A stretch of 63,417 bases of DNA, filler included, from Basidioascus undulatus (taxonomy: Eukaryota), in assembly GCA_000826855.1 (NCBI GenBank). It is 10 parts of 10 records of this genome, joined end to end, with 100 filler letters (N's around TTAATTAATTAA, not from the genome) between each part and the next. Parts side by side here need not be neighbours in the genome. Positions count along the whole stretch, not along the records: positions 1 to 22,729 come from JTLS01000290.1; positions 22,830 to 24,976 come from JTLS01002908.1; positions 25,077 to 47,720 come from JTLS01000291.1; 7 more parts are not named here. One strand, given 5' to 3'. Under the pieces are notes generated by a model. The model made no database searches, was not told the DNA's origin, and worked only from the letters and a program-made list of their open reading frames with translations. The translations under genes were made by a program, and so were the position numbers. Of this stretch, positions 13,499 to 26,343 are shown in pieces (within the stretch, counting starts at the first letter, position 1; every line of letters begins with the position of its first letter).

Positions 13499-14935
13499 AT
13501 GTCCGCCGTCCTCGCCTCCCAGCTCGTCCTCCACCCGCGCATCTCGCAGGTCTTGCGGTTCTTGTCCTTCACTGTCTCGCGGGACAAGGTGCGTCGCTCC
13601 GCCTTCTTAAAACAATCCCCTCTTGCACGAAGCTGATGGGAGTGGTGGGTTCCGCAGGTCTACCGCTCCCTCCAGTACCTCGCGCGCTTCCTCGCGTGGT
13701 TCTATGCTCGCAACGGGTGGAAGGATGTCGGTCCCCTGGGCGTGAGCTGGAACGCGATGAAGGGGCAGTTGTCGACTGCGCGGAAACGTGCGTCTTCCCT
13801 TCCCCTTCCCTTCCCTTCTCTCCTCTCCTTTTGGGACTCGGGTCTTTTGGAAGGTGAAAGGAACTGATAAAGGTGTGGGTGCGGGAAGTGATGCGCATCG
13901 GCAAGCCCCTCGAGCACGCGCAGGCCGCCGTCCGCGCGCTCGACACGCCCGACGCCGTCCTCCGCCTCACCGCGTTTGGCAGGCAGATCGGGTACTTCTT
14001 GTTCCTCTTCTACGACGCGGTGCTTTGGGTGCGTCGTTTTCCTCTCCACCCATCTCCCTCCCTCCCCTGCCTTCTTCCTCTCTTCCCCTCCCCGTTCCTT
14101 CCCTCTCGCTCTTCATCCCTTCTCTCTTCCTCTCTTTTCCGCTTTCTCTCATCCCGAAGCTAGGAGGCTAACGCTCGCCCCGCTCGCGCAGTTCCACGCC
14201 TCCCGCGTCCGCCCGCTTTCCCCGCCGACCGCCGACAAGGTCGCCCGCCACGCCTTCCGCTTCTGGGCGTTCGGCCTCGCGTGCTCCCTCCTCAGCGGCG
14301 TGTACAAGGAGGCCGGCGTGCGCGCCAAGCTTGCCCGCGCGCGCAGGGCGGCGCTGGTGGAGAAGACGGGCGAGGGGGAGGGGGAGGTTGGGAGGCTGGA
14401 GAGGTGGGCGGTTTGCTTCCTTCGGCAGGTTGGAAAAGCGGGACGGAGGCTGATGTGGGTATGCGGTGGGTGGACAGTGCCAAGAAGGCGAACCGCAAGC
14501 AGATCTTCCAGGACTCGCTCGACTTGCTCATTCCGACGAGCGGCCTCGGGTGGGTCAACCCGGGCGAGGGCGTCGTGGGTCTTGCTGGGTGCGTGCGCTC
14601 TTCCTGTCTCTTCTTCTTCCTTCCCGCTTCCCTTCTTTTCCGTTTCCTTTCCTTCCCTTTGCTCTTCCCTTCTCCGTTTCCTCTCCCAACTCGTCCTGTG
14701 GCCCGTCTGTTCCTTTTGCTTCCCTTTTGCTTCCCTTCGCTTCCCTCCCCTTCCCCTCCTTCATTCGATTCCCCCCCTTCCCCTCCATTCCGCTCTTCCT
14801 ATTTTATGTTTTGCGAGTGGCTTTCCGGGACATCACGGACTGACGACAGGGTGGGATGGATAAAATAGCCTCATCACCTCCCTCATGGGCGCAAAGACGC
14901 AGTGGGAGGCGACGGTGGGAAGGAAGAGCGCGTGA
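13499..14935 (+). CDS. PEX11: Peroxisomal biogenesis factor 11
   Basis: Spliced: MSAVLASQLVLHP...SRDKVYRSLQYLARFLAW...KGQLSTARK-MRIGKPLEH...GRQIGYFLFLFYD...FRFWAFGL...QDSLDLLIPTSGLGWVNPGEGVVGLAGLITSLMGAKTQW; TGA at 14933-14935. Confidence 0.93.
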
Positions 14936-15973
14936 ACCGCCGCGTCCGTGGGTCGGCGTGCGCGTTGGGAGGTATGCTCCGAGCGTGGTTCGGGAAGTAC
15001 GTAGCTGGACTTTGTGACATATGAGAGGGAAAAGGAGAGGGAGATGAAGAGCGGGATTGCTCGAACGATCCTTTTGAGTGGCGTTCTGGGAACTGGTGTG
15101 TGGTTCGGTGTGGACTGGGCGCGGAGAGTTGCGGGTTGGGGCGCGCACGCTAGACGGGGAGAAAGGGGAAAAAAAGGAATATGTTGGGTGCGCTTCGGTG
15201 CGTTGAGAGAGGAGAGAAGGGCGTCGCTGTCGAGGAACTGGTCGTTCTCGAGCTGTCACGGTCAGCGAAGCATCGTCGGCCAGGCTCCGCGCTACGCAAC
15301 GCAGCAGCTGGCTCGCCCACTTCCTCCTCCTCTCATCAGTTATCTTCATACGGGTCTCTGTCGATCAGAAGCATAATCAACTTTCTGGGCTCATAATTGC
15401 GCGAGGGCGTGGCTCGGCGTGGTTTCGCCTGACTGCCCGACCGGCACATCTCGAACGGTAGGGAAATGTCCAAATTAGGGCAAACTAACCTGGAAGATAC
15501 GAAGGCTCCACGTTAGTTGTGAAGGTCGGGCTGGTGATCTTTATGCGACAAAAATCTGTGAGAGGGTACGGCAAGTCCTGGCAGATTGCGTATCTCCTAA
15601 ATTGCAACTGCAGATGCTGAGCAACGTCGTCAAGTCAATCCCAGTGGCTCTGAATTCAATGAGAGAATAGGGATCACGGTGGTGCCGGATGCCTTTTTAA
15701 AACGACGTGCGCAAGCAATGCGACGGGGTTGGTTGTCAGTTTCCACGTGACAAGCTGCATTGGTCTTGATGAACATTTTTGAGGCCAGACACAACCTGAG
15801 GGTCCTTCCCATTTCTTCAGGACTGCAGGAGCGCAGGTCGTGTGCAGAGTTCGAAGGGCTGTTCTTTCGATTGCAGCTGAGTTTTCTGAGCGCTATGTGA
15901 AAACGCAAGAGCGCTGGGTGCCTATTGTTCTGTTTATTTTTCCTCTTCAGTGTTCGCTTTTGTGGCGGTCCAC

Positions 15974-18332
15974 ATGTCGAGAGGACACATCGGGGCATCT
16001 CACCTGCGCCTGCCCTCACCCACCGTACTGGCCTTCCCTATTTGATCTTTCCATATCAGACCGCATCCAAAAATCCCGCCAAACCCCTACCCAACCCTGA
16101 CAAGCAGTGGGCTTTGGACCGCAACGATACGTGCCAGGAATGTCGGGAGCGGCAGCGGGTGCGTCCCTCGCCTCGCCTCCCCTCGCCTCCCCAGGTAGAA
16201 CACGAGCAGGTTGAGGGGACTTGGCTGATGGCGGATTCCAGTGATACGACGGAGCAAAGCCTTCCTGTTGGCTGTGTTGGAATGCGGGCAGGAAATGTGT
16301 CTGGAGAAGTGGGAAGGGCACGCGGCGGACGCACTTGCTGAGGCAGATCGGTGCGCGATCTCCCTCCCAACCCACTCCATACAGTTCCCTTGAGACCCCG
16401 GACGCTACTGTATTTTTTCAGCTTTCGAGAAGGAGTTGGAACTCGTCACTTGTGGTGGTCTGGGGGCGACGGAGGAAGGTGAGCAGGAGAACGCGCGGGC
16501 GGTTGAGCTCTACAGGGAGGCTGATAGCCGACCGGGAATGGGGTTCCAGAGAAAGGAGACTGAGGTGGAGCTGGTACATTACACAGACGGTATCCCGATA
16601 GTGGTGGGCTTCAGCTCACGATGGGCGATACACAGTACGCCACCCGTCTTGGAGAAGTGTCGACCCTGCGCTGACAGCCGCCGAGGGGCCGCTGTACGCA
16701 CGGCGCTGGCGGCGCTGAATGATGCGATGGACAGCGGCAAGTACGTCCTGGACTTGCTCTGCACGTATCAGGTCCTCTCCGTACGTCGGCGACCGGGGGA
16801 TAGCGAAACCCGAATTGAACGTGCTAAAGTTCTGATTCTCGGTTACAGTGCAACGCCTACTGTCGGAACGAAGTCGCTACTGCGTGGGCTTTCAACGGAG
16901 CGAGTGCGTTTTCTCCCGGAACGTGTATGAGCCTCTCCTGCTATATTCTCATCTTGCGCCCCCCCCTTCCACAGGATCAGACTCGCCGTCAGCAACGGCT
17001 TCCACCGCCTGGACGCCTCCAAGCTACTCGCAGCGGCTCGCCGCTCGAGCACGCCCCCGACGCCGCCAGCTGGGCAGCCACAGGCAGCCACAGGCCGGAA
17101 CACCTCGGCTGCTCATTCAAAGCAAGTGCCCAGTTCGCCGGGCGAACAGGCAGTCGCCCTGGCTACGTTTTGGAGCTTTTACATGGCCCAGTACGTGGAT
17201 TCCTGCGCTCTCGCCTGCCGGAGCGCGGTTGCTGACTGCGCGCCTGCCGGGATTACAGCCGCTGCGGCAGCGTGCTCTGTCGCTGGCCTATTCGTTAGCG
17301 GACGATGACATCCTTTCCGTCTTCTGGTTTCCGGCTGCTACCGTACGATCCTTCCCATCTTCACTCCCGAACTTGATCCTCACTCCAAGCGCACAGTCTC
17401 CCTCCCTTTCTTCCTTCGCCCTCATCTGCCCCTCCTCTCCGCCCAATCCGAACACGACCCCGACGCATTCACAATCTACACCCCAACATGGGACTCTTTT
17501 GTCGCGCTCTCCAAAGTGCTGGCGCTCAGCGGCCGCATAACGAGCCTGCACGACGGCCCGCCCGCCGCTCACGAGAGGGACGAGGTGCAGCGCCTCGCGC
17601 GAATCCGGGCGAGCACGGAGTTCGACGGGCTTGAGGAGCTCATAGCTCAGTTCCGTGCGAGCCTGCCGGAAAACATGCTATCTCCGCATAGGGCGGAGGA
17701 GTGGGACTGGCCGTATAACGGTCCGCGGCGGTTCACAGCCATGAGCATCACGTACTGGTGCGCTACGGTGTTTCGATCTCGTCTCCAGGGTGACTGCTGA
17801 TCGCTGGGTGTGGGGAATTCAGGCTCCCCCTGCTGCTGCACGAGATGCCCGCTCAACACAACGTGGACTCGACGTCTGCGTGCGCCAGAGCCGCAGCGGA
17901 CATCGTCGACCTCATCACGTACCTCGCTTCGCTAACGTTCAACCTCGGGAAGCTGAACTTGACTGTAACGTGCGTCTTCCCCACCACCCCGTCTCTCACC
18001 TCACTCTCCCGCAACGTTCTCAAATGATTTTACCGCTCTGGGTAAACAGTCTGGCATGAACGCGCGCCGCCCAGTCTCGCTGCAAGGCGTGCGGCATGCG
18101 CTTGCAGAAAAGGATTGGGCGCGCGCTGCAGAGCTTAAAGCCGCCGTGAAGGTCATCGCCCATGCGCACCGCCGGATGGGCCAGACTTGGCCGCTTGCAG
18201 GTAAGTGTTGACAGACAGTATGGAGCAGGCCAGGTTGCACTGACAGAGTGCCGGCCGGGGGCGGCGTGAGGGACAGTCATGCACGCCATCATGTTAGAGA
18301 GGGCTGCGAGGGAGCTGGATGTCTTTATGTGA
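15974..18332 (+). pseudogene. Zn(II)2Cys6 fungal transcription factor, inactivated (start uncertain)
   Basis: CQECRERQR | *YDGAKPSCWLCWNAGRKCVW: a binuclear cluster with TGA (16242-16244) and Cys3>Tyr (TAC 16245-16247). Downstream middle-homology-like motifs: RLAVSNGFHRLD, TFWSFY, SLADDDI, RRMGQTWPLA. Confidence 0.75.
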
Positions 18333-18970
18333 TTCGAGGGGCGCTACAGGCATATATACTTATATTTTTAATGTTGTCGACTAGGGTTGCGGAGGCTGCA
18401 GCCTCACCTTTTCAGCGAGCCGAACTACGTTGTGTCTTCTCCGACACCTCAAACCCCACCCACAGTTCGCTCGTGATAAGCCGGTCCCGGGCAAAATTTA
18501 CCCTAACCTTGAATGTATATTGTTTATGTTCTTCCTTCAGCAGAGTTGGAGGGAGGACTGAAGGTCCGACGAAAGCCACTGGCACCACCCAATCCGCCTT
18601 GCCGGCCCGAGCACTTTTTGTCCTTCATAACCGGCACACCCTGGATTCAAAGGCCATTTTTACATGAACCTCGAAATAACCACGGTTAAATATGATCTCA
18701 ACGTGAGAATGGATGTCCGGAAGCGGGACACTGGCCATCGCATATTTCTGTGTAGAACGAACGTGGAAGAACTGAAGCCCAAACGCTACTGTGGAAAACG
18801 TCACTTCTCAGGATGTGAGAGTGTATTCACAAAGCGGTCGAGTGGCAGCAGCTGCCGTCTTCCTACAGTATTTACGAAGTGCGTGGACCCCATGCACAAG
18901 GATCATGTTTGAAGTGGTGCCTCCACAGCCAGAGTTCCAACTTATACTAATTTGGGGTTTCCAGCTGCCT

Positions 18971-19547
18971 GTAAGCAAAGTATAGTCAGTTCGCTAAGAC
19001 TTGACTACAGAAGTATAAGCATTTGGGTTCAGGCAAGGGGAAGACGTAAGCAAAGTAAGTGTAAGCAAATTATAAGCAATAGTACTTAAAGTGTAGTCAA
19101 TTTGCAGAAGACGGCAGAATGCTTCTCAGGGTACGAAAAATCACCGGCTCTGTTACAGGCTCACTCCGGCGATCCGCTCAAACATACACAAGCATCAAGT
19201 AAGCGTTATGAGGACTCCAACACTCATTGGAGGTTGTTGGAGGAGCTTGGTAGGTGATTAGCCGAGGGCCAGTTTCATAATTCATGCTCAAGTCATGGTC
19301 AGAATCGGCGTTGAGCCATGCTTGAGGTGCAAGCACATACATCTTCAAATTTTTTTTAGACAATAGCTCCTATATTGCAATGAATTGACGTAAATATGTG
19401 GACAATCTGGTCAGTAAGACTTCAATGACACGTTGGAATCATTAAAGTCACTGCCTCGAACAAAAGTATAGGTGAAGTGTAATCCTAAGTCTACGGCCGC
19501 TTCTGAGCCGTAAGCAAAGTGCATCTACACTTTAATGACTATACTTT
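18971..19547. repeat. Dispersed GTAAGCAAAGT / AAAGTRTAGTC motif cluster in both orientations
   Basis: GTAAGCAAAGT at 18971, 19046 and 19510, variants at 19061 and 19073; AAAGTATAGTCA (18977-18988) is the exact reverse complement of TGACTATACTTT (19536-19547). Confidence 0.6.
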
Positions 19548-20719
19548 TAAGACTTTTGGAGTATAAGGTTGGATCTCTGTCTGGTCGCCTGAACGCCGCC
19601 TTCAGCGCTCTTGCCAGCACCTTGCATTTTCTTAACCGTCGAAAACAAATTTCCCTACCATTCTGGCATGGGAGAGGATCCACCTACGCTGAAATATTGC
19701 GCAGGCGGCGAAACGAAGGAGATAGTTTGCACTTTGCACCGGTCCGTCGCCAGTGTGCAAGTGCATCGGGAGTACCAGCTACCCCCGGCAATATCCTACC
19801 TCTCAAATAGAACATTTATGGAGAGGGAATCACAGGCTCCCCCTTCGTTGTGACACACATACCGATTCGGGTTGGGCTGCGCAGCCAGGCGCTTTTTTCA
19901 GGGTTGATGCGAATGTGATGACTGGTCAGGGCAACCGTCACTTTCAGCCTGAGTATGAACGGGGAGGTGAAGTAATTTCCCAAAATCTTCAGATAGCAAT
20001 TATCGCTATCCTCTCATCATTGCTACCAATGTAGTCGCAGTCTCATGGGGCATCCGTTAAAGGTCTGGCATTGTGGCTCACACGTTGATACCTTCCTTTC
20101 AGTTTTGATAAAAAGTAATCAACAATAATAGGGTGGTAAAGTCGCACTGGTAGCGAAACTGGTTGGGCGGATTGCATTAACTTATTCTGGGCAGCGTTGT
20201 GTGGAATCATCGAGACTCCCAACAGCCTGGGCGGCACCGTTCAGCTTCCTTTCAATCCAGATTGCCTTATCTCCTTTTCCTTTATAGAACAGGAAACTCG
20301 GGTGCCATATATGCGGTCTGGTATACACAGTCGTGATACCGCGTTTTAACAGCCGGCACCGTGGAACAGTCTTGTCGGCGAGCGGCCTGTGGTGTTCAGT
20401 TTCTGGCATTGCGGGCGGAAAAAATCTCCCACCAAAAGATTACAAACAAGCTGTAGGTTCTTCATCAAGACCTGTAAAACTCACGAAGACCTTGAAGCTG
20501 CAAAAAGACGGTCTTACTGCACAATGGAAACACGTGCGGATGAACGGCGTGGGGAGCCGGACGCGCCGCGGAGGGACGCGCTACCTACTACTGCTCCTGA
20601 GCGGCACCGCCAGGCCGATAGCCTTGTTCAACAACAGCCACCTTTACGACCCCGCCGCCTCCTTCAGCCTTTAATTCCCCCAGACGATAGTGACGACGAC
20701 GACGACGACAAAGCTGACG

Positions 20720-22729
20720 ATGCCGGACGACGGGCACTATCCAGAGGACGAGCCCATCCCGTGCGCCGCCTCCGCCGTGCCTCAGGGCCCCCGCACGCTC
20801 TGAGCCCGCTCAACCGGTTGATTCCGCAGGGACTCGTTCGAATCGCCTAACGACGAGGCGGCCTTTTTCCGCGAGCGCATGCAGACGCTCGCGGACGCGC
20901 TCACCGATACTCGGCTTGCGTTCGACGAGTTTCAGTCCGAGAGCAAGGAGCTCGAGGCCGAGCTCGAGCGCGAGCTGGCTAGCCTGGAGCGGCAGGTCGA
21001 GCAGGGCGCGCGGAGGGAGGCGGATCTGAAGGAGAGCGCGCTGGAGTACAAGGTGCGTGGCAGCGGCGAGGATGAAGGGAACTAGGACGGGCGCTGGGGC
21101 TCGGACTGAAGCGGGCGCTGCGGGAGGGGCTGCAGGAGAAGTTCCAGGCGCAGCTGTTGAGCCACAACAAGACGCAGGAGCAGATGCAGAAGGAGCTTGA
21201 GCTCCACCGGAAGCTTGCGAGCGAGCACCGCGACAAGCTCCGAGACGTCGAGATGGAGAACGACGATCTCGAGCGCGAGGGACGGTGCGTCTCATCTCCC
21301 TTTCTGCGTTCGTTCCCTTCGGCCCTGGCTGATGAGTTGTGAGGGTTGGGAGGGCAGTATGGTCACGAGCAGCCTGGCGGACGTCCAGGCGCAGTACAAC
21401 AAGAGCCTCGAGCGCATGGCGCTCCTCGAGGAGGAGATCTTGACCAAGAGCCGGCTGGAGGAGGACATGCAGCGACTGAAGGACGAGCTGCGAGGTGCGT
21501 CTTCCTTGCCGCCGGGTCAGGGAGATCTGGAAGAGGGTATCAACATCCTGGGCTGGGCGCCGCGCAGACATGACCGACGAGCTCGCGGCGTACAAGGAGA
21601 GCCGCGAGCGGCTGGAGGAGAGCGAGGAGGAGAATGCGCGGTTGCGGGAGAACATGCGAGGTGCGCAATTGTTTCCAGCATTAAGTGGCCCTCCTGCATG
21701 ATAACTAACTGGCGAGCGCGGGGACTTCCAGATCTCCATCTCGAGCTCGAGCAGCTGCGCGAGAAGCTCGCCTCAGCAACGTCCGCGCCTTCCTCCCCCG
21801 CCCCGCGCTCCTCCTCCGAGTCCACCTCCGCCCTCCCCCGCAACCTCTCCACAATCCGGGACGAGTCCGTCCCGTCCCTGGTTCCCTCACCCGCGCGCAA
21901 GTCGGGCCTCCCGCGATCCACAACCTCCCCCGCGCTCTCGCCCTCGCGCCTCCCGCAGCGCGCGCAGTCCCCGCCGCTCTCGCCCTCCCCGCTCTCCTAC
22001 TCCTCCTTCTCCGCCGCGCAGTCCCAGGGCATCCCCCGCGCGTTCCCCGCCTCCCGCACCCTTGCGCGCCAGTCCGAGTCGTCCCCCGCCCCCGTCCGTC
22101 ACCCCACAGCGCCAGCGTCCGCCGACGATGCCCTCCATCTCTCGACCGCCACGACCATGCGCAGCTCGACAGGCAACCGCAGCATGCTCGCCACGCCGGG
22201 GGGGAACCGCTTCGTCCCCGGCAAGACGACGCGGAACGCGAACAACATCTTGCGGGATATCCGCTCACGGGCAGCGGACCTGGAGAAGCGCGTGCGGGGC
22301 GCCGGGCGCCGACCGGGCGCGTCAGCCCCCGGCACTTTGGGCCCGGGGCAGCGCACCGCCATCCCCCAGAGCGCGGCGACCAAGCGGGTTGCTGCGCTGC
22401 GGGACATCGGGAATGGGCCCGCCGAGGGCCCCAGCCCCGCGAGCTCGAATGGCGGGTGGGTCATAGTTGACGGGGAGCTCCAGGAGAGCCCGGGGCGGAC
22501 GAGCCCGACGGTCAACATGCGCAACTCGCGCGCCGCGACCGTGAGCGGGGCGTTCCCGCGGCACCGCAAGTCCGGGTCCTTCGACGCTGCGGCTGCCGCT
22601 TCCTCTGACGCTGGTCCAGCCGCACCCTCTTCTTCCTCCACTTCATGCTCGACTACCACGGCGCGCCGCCCGCCCTCGCGCATCAAGCGCGGCAGATCCG
22701 GGTTGTTGTTCGCGAAGCGCAAGACGCGG
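20720..22729 (+). CDS. nudE: Nuclear distribution protein NudE/NDEL1 homologue (3'-truncated by contig end)
   Basis: LAFDEFQSESKELEAELEREL...LRDVEMENDDLEREGRMVTSSLADVQAQYNKSLERMALLEEE...LEEDMQRLKDELRD is the NudE coiled-coil signature, followed by a Ser/Pro-rich tail. Confidence 0.9.
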
Positions 22730-22829
22730 NNNNNNNNNNNNNNNNNNNNNNNNNNNNNNNNNNNNNNNNNNNNTTAATTAATTAANNNNNNNNNNNNNNN
22801 NNNNNNNNNNNNNNNNNNNNNNNNNNNNN
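22730..22829. other. Artificial contig linker N44-TTAATTAATTAA-N44
   Basis: Identical 100-nt spacer with stops in all six frames; also at 24977-25076, 47721-47820, 49967-50066, 52211-52310, 54455-54554, 56698-56797, 58939-59038 and 61179-61278. Confidence 0.98.
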
Positions 22830-22934
22830 TGCGAGGATTGCAGGCTGTGGATGGTATGGAATCGTAACCAAGATGGAAAACGTCTTTGTGCCACCTGCAA
22901 TTCATATTCGGCACTCCACAAGGTATCGGCTCGG
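22830..22934 (+). other. GATA-like C4 zinc-finger coding fragment at contig start
   Basis: Frame from 22830 reads CEDCRLWMVWNRNQDGKRLCATCNSYSALHKVSAR (CxxC-x15-CxxC with W-x-R, G-x-x-LC and Y-x-x-LH). Confidence 0.45.
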
Positions 22935-25076
22935 TGCCAGAGGTACCGCACAGCCGGTTGTTGCGCAAACAAAACGGAGCTCGCGGCACACGAAGGCACA
23001 AAACACGAGGCACAGGGCTACGGCCAAAGCTCTTGGTGCCCGCCTTTATTCGCCGTGCAAAGTGGTTGTATGGCTTTATGCTTAGGCATCGATTTTGCCT
23101 GCAGCTGCAAACAACTGCAAAAAGCCGCGGCGCGGAAAGACGGTAGTCTTTCCCGCCCCGAGCTTAGATTCTCAGTCTCCGCCAGCTGATTCCACATAAA
23201 GGCTCTTTAAGGGATCACGTACTGCCCTGAAACGAATTGATGATCTGCACAGTGGCATAAGGGACGCCATTTGCAACGGCAATATCGTCAAAGCGCTGAG
23301 CCCGCCACAGTTGGTACGTGAGGCATCATGCTATGTTGGTTTTCGGTAGATGTATCCATAAGCCCACCGACCTGTATAAAGATAATTTGTTTCTAGAACT
23401 GAGGGTAGTGCTGCAGCAAGTGCTCTGCGCGTTGGCTCCCTGTTGCCGCGCTTACACTTCCACTGCGGAGGCAATTGCGTCTCACAGACTCATTACTCAT
23501 GAACAGAACGTTTATACTTTGAACATGAGTAGTTTATTCTCAGTTCTTCATGCTGTAGGCCTGCCGGCCTTGGAATGCGTCCATGGTATCGGCTTGGCTC
23601 TGTGGACCTCTACAGCCAGTGTTTCCCCTGTCCAGCCCCCTTGCCCTCTTGGAGCCCTGCTTCGTTGACAAAAATACTTCTTACTGAAGGATTCCCGTTA
23701 GGAGTGAATCTTCCTTGGTTGCAAGGATCTCGTTTTTTCTGTTGCGGCCCAACGTCCGTGCATACGAAGCAGTGGGCGCAGGCGGCCTTCGGGCGACACA
23801 AAATAAAAAGCCAAATTTATGTTGGGGTCCTCAGTAATACGATTATCCTCCCTTTATAGCAGTGGAAAACTTCGAGAGACTCCAGAACGCTTCGGTAGTG
23901 TTGCACCACTTGTTCTCAATGTTCTAGGGAGGCTTTTCGAGTCCGCGGTGGTTGACAATTGCCTGAAAAAGAAAAAGGAATGTATGGGATGGTCTAAGCT
24001 TTCGGTGCAACAATGGCGTTTGTGGCAAATATGAATGTGAACTTACCGTGTCCCCCTGGAGCATGCAATGCAAAAAAATGGTCAGCGGGGATACCGCGGG
24101 AAGGTCAAATGATGGAGCAACGCACTTTGTAAGAGCGGTAGTGCGATATGAGACCAAATCCGGAACCAACAGCGAGGAGTTTGTAGTCGGCAGTGTCGAA
24201 GGCCCACTGAAGTTTCGGGCGTCAATTCGTATCTGTGAAACTCTCTCTAGAAACGCGAAAGGCCTGCATTGTCTGTGAAGTCAGGCGAGCTAGTCAGCAT
24301 ACCGAATTTTCAGCGATCAAGATACAAACTCACCTAGGGTCGTGCTCTGCATTCTGTACTGCCGATCTCCGTCGAAAGGGTATTGTTGTGCCAGCCTGCG
24401 CGCATGAGCAAGTCGTCAGCTCGCCGCCGACTGGCCTAATACTTCGCTCGTGTCACCGCCCTTCGGATCGTTTCCTTTCTCAAGATGGATTTGTAAAGCC
24501 ATCAACAAGAGCGGTCAGTCTTCACGAAGAGATCCCACCGCTGGAAGAAACACTCACAGCTGTCACTGCTGCGTTCAGGCCCATCGGGTACGGAAGGCTT
24601 TCATGACGCCAATCCAGCTAGAAATAATCCAGGTCGGAGGCGGTCTTGGCTGAAAGCTCGTCCAAATCCATAGCGATGAAGAACACCACATGCATGTGCT
24701 GAGGTTCAGCGCGCGATTGCGCAACGTCTGCACGGATGCATCAGCCCGTGTTATCTCGAATCCAGCCAAAGAGAAGCAGAAATATCCTACCTGCCGCGCA
24801 CTGCAAGACTTTTGTAGAGAAGGAGAAGTTTTCAGTTGGCTTACGAGATTGACGGTAGGTATGGCACTGACCATGGTGGAACCGCTTCAAGTCGAACCAC
24901 ACTTCGGCCCCATCCATGTGCACCTGTGAGAGCCCAGAGTTGCCATGATCATCAGATTTGTAGAAGATTATTTACTNNNNNNNNNNNNNNNNNNNNNNNN
25001 NNNNNNNNNNNNNNNNNNNNTTAATTAATTAANNNNNNNNNNNNNNNNNNNNNNNNNNNNNNNNNNNNNNNNNNNN

Positions 25077-26343
25077 CAGAATTTGTTGAGTTAGTGGGGA
25101 AAGAGGAGAGAGCGAGGTGGGAAAGTGGGGGATTGGACCTTGCGGGGGGTCGGAGAATGCTTTCACGTCTTTGATGAGTTGGTCGAGCACGTCCGCGCTG
25201 GGGGAACATTATTCACCAAAATGAGCCCGAATGTTTCAGAAAGAAAAGGGCAACAAAGCAGCTCACCGCCACAAGTGCATGAGCCGCACAGAGCCCACGT
25301 CAAGCGGCAGGCCCGGCAGCGAGCGGCCCTCGTACCACACTATGATCGCCGGCTTGGCTTTCATTGCGAGGAGGAGGACTCGCAAGGGGCCGAAACGGTG
25401 CTCCCCTTCACGCAACAGCCACACACGCATCCCAAGCTTGAAATCAGCGCTCGGCTGCGGCGGGGAGAGAGGGAGACGACGCACCCGGTCGCGGGTACTG
25501 AACCCGCTTCTTGAAGAACTCGAGCTCAAGTTTTGTGAGGAGCCAGTAGAGCAGGCGGAGCGAGGACGCAGAAAGCGGAGAGGAGGAGGCCGAAGCCTGC
25601 GTGAGCGCTCCGGTCGGTGCAGGGGGAGGAGGCGGAGGCTGCTGGTGCTTGAGGATGGTCTTGAGACGCTTCTCACTCAGGATCCAACTGGGGTATTCGC
25701 CCTTGATCTTCCCGAGGAGCTTCTCAAATTTTCGGGGAGGGCTGTCAGAGAGCTGTGAGGTGAGAGGGGTTGGGGGACAGGGGAAGGACGCACGTTCGCT
25801 GCGCCGAGCTGGGGCTGCTGGGCGCGGACCTGCTCTGACCGACCCTCATTCGTTAGGGAATGAAAGGAGGAGGGAGTGAGGAGTAGGTCGGACCTTGCTG
25901 ATCGCTTTCTCGACCTCCTCGACGGACGGGGTGTGCCCGCCCTGCACCTGCGGCTTCGCAGGCGGCACTGCGTCGCCGCCGTCAATAGCCGCCTCGTCTG
26001 GGAGCGGCCGTTGCATGACGGGTTCAAGGCAGGATAGCGGATGGGACTGTTCGACGAGGACCAGGGGCTCCAGGCCAGGCGGGTACAGCGGCGCCGGGGG
26101 CGAAGGCACCTTCTCGGGCGGGCGCTGCTCCTCCTGCGGCGCCTTCTCCTCCTGCGGCAGCTTCTCCACTTCGGGCGCCTTCTCTTCTTCTGGTGCCTTC
26201 TCCGGATGATTGGCGATGGGGCTGTCGTCCGTTTCAGTCGCGGGAGCATCCACGTCGGTGGCGGGGGCCGGGGCCGGCTGCTCAGCTGCCGCTGTGTCTC
26301 GCTGTGCAGGGGTCTGGCCGGATGATGGCGCAGGCGTGGACAT
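25077..26343 (-). CDS. Hypothetical protein with acidic/Pro-rich N-terminus and a KL..IK..P.W.LSEKRLK motif (3' end probably truncated)
   Basis: MSTPAPSSG...EEEKAP/EVEKLP/QEEKAP repeats, then spliced VRAQQPQLGAAN-LSDSPPRKFEKLLGKIKGEYPSWILSEKRLKTIL...RVLLLAMKAKPAIIVW. The motif recalls N-termini of fungal Set5/MYND-type proteins. Confidence 0.55.
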
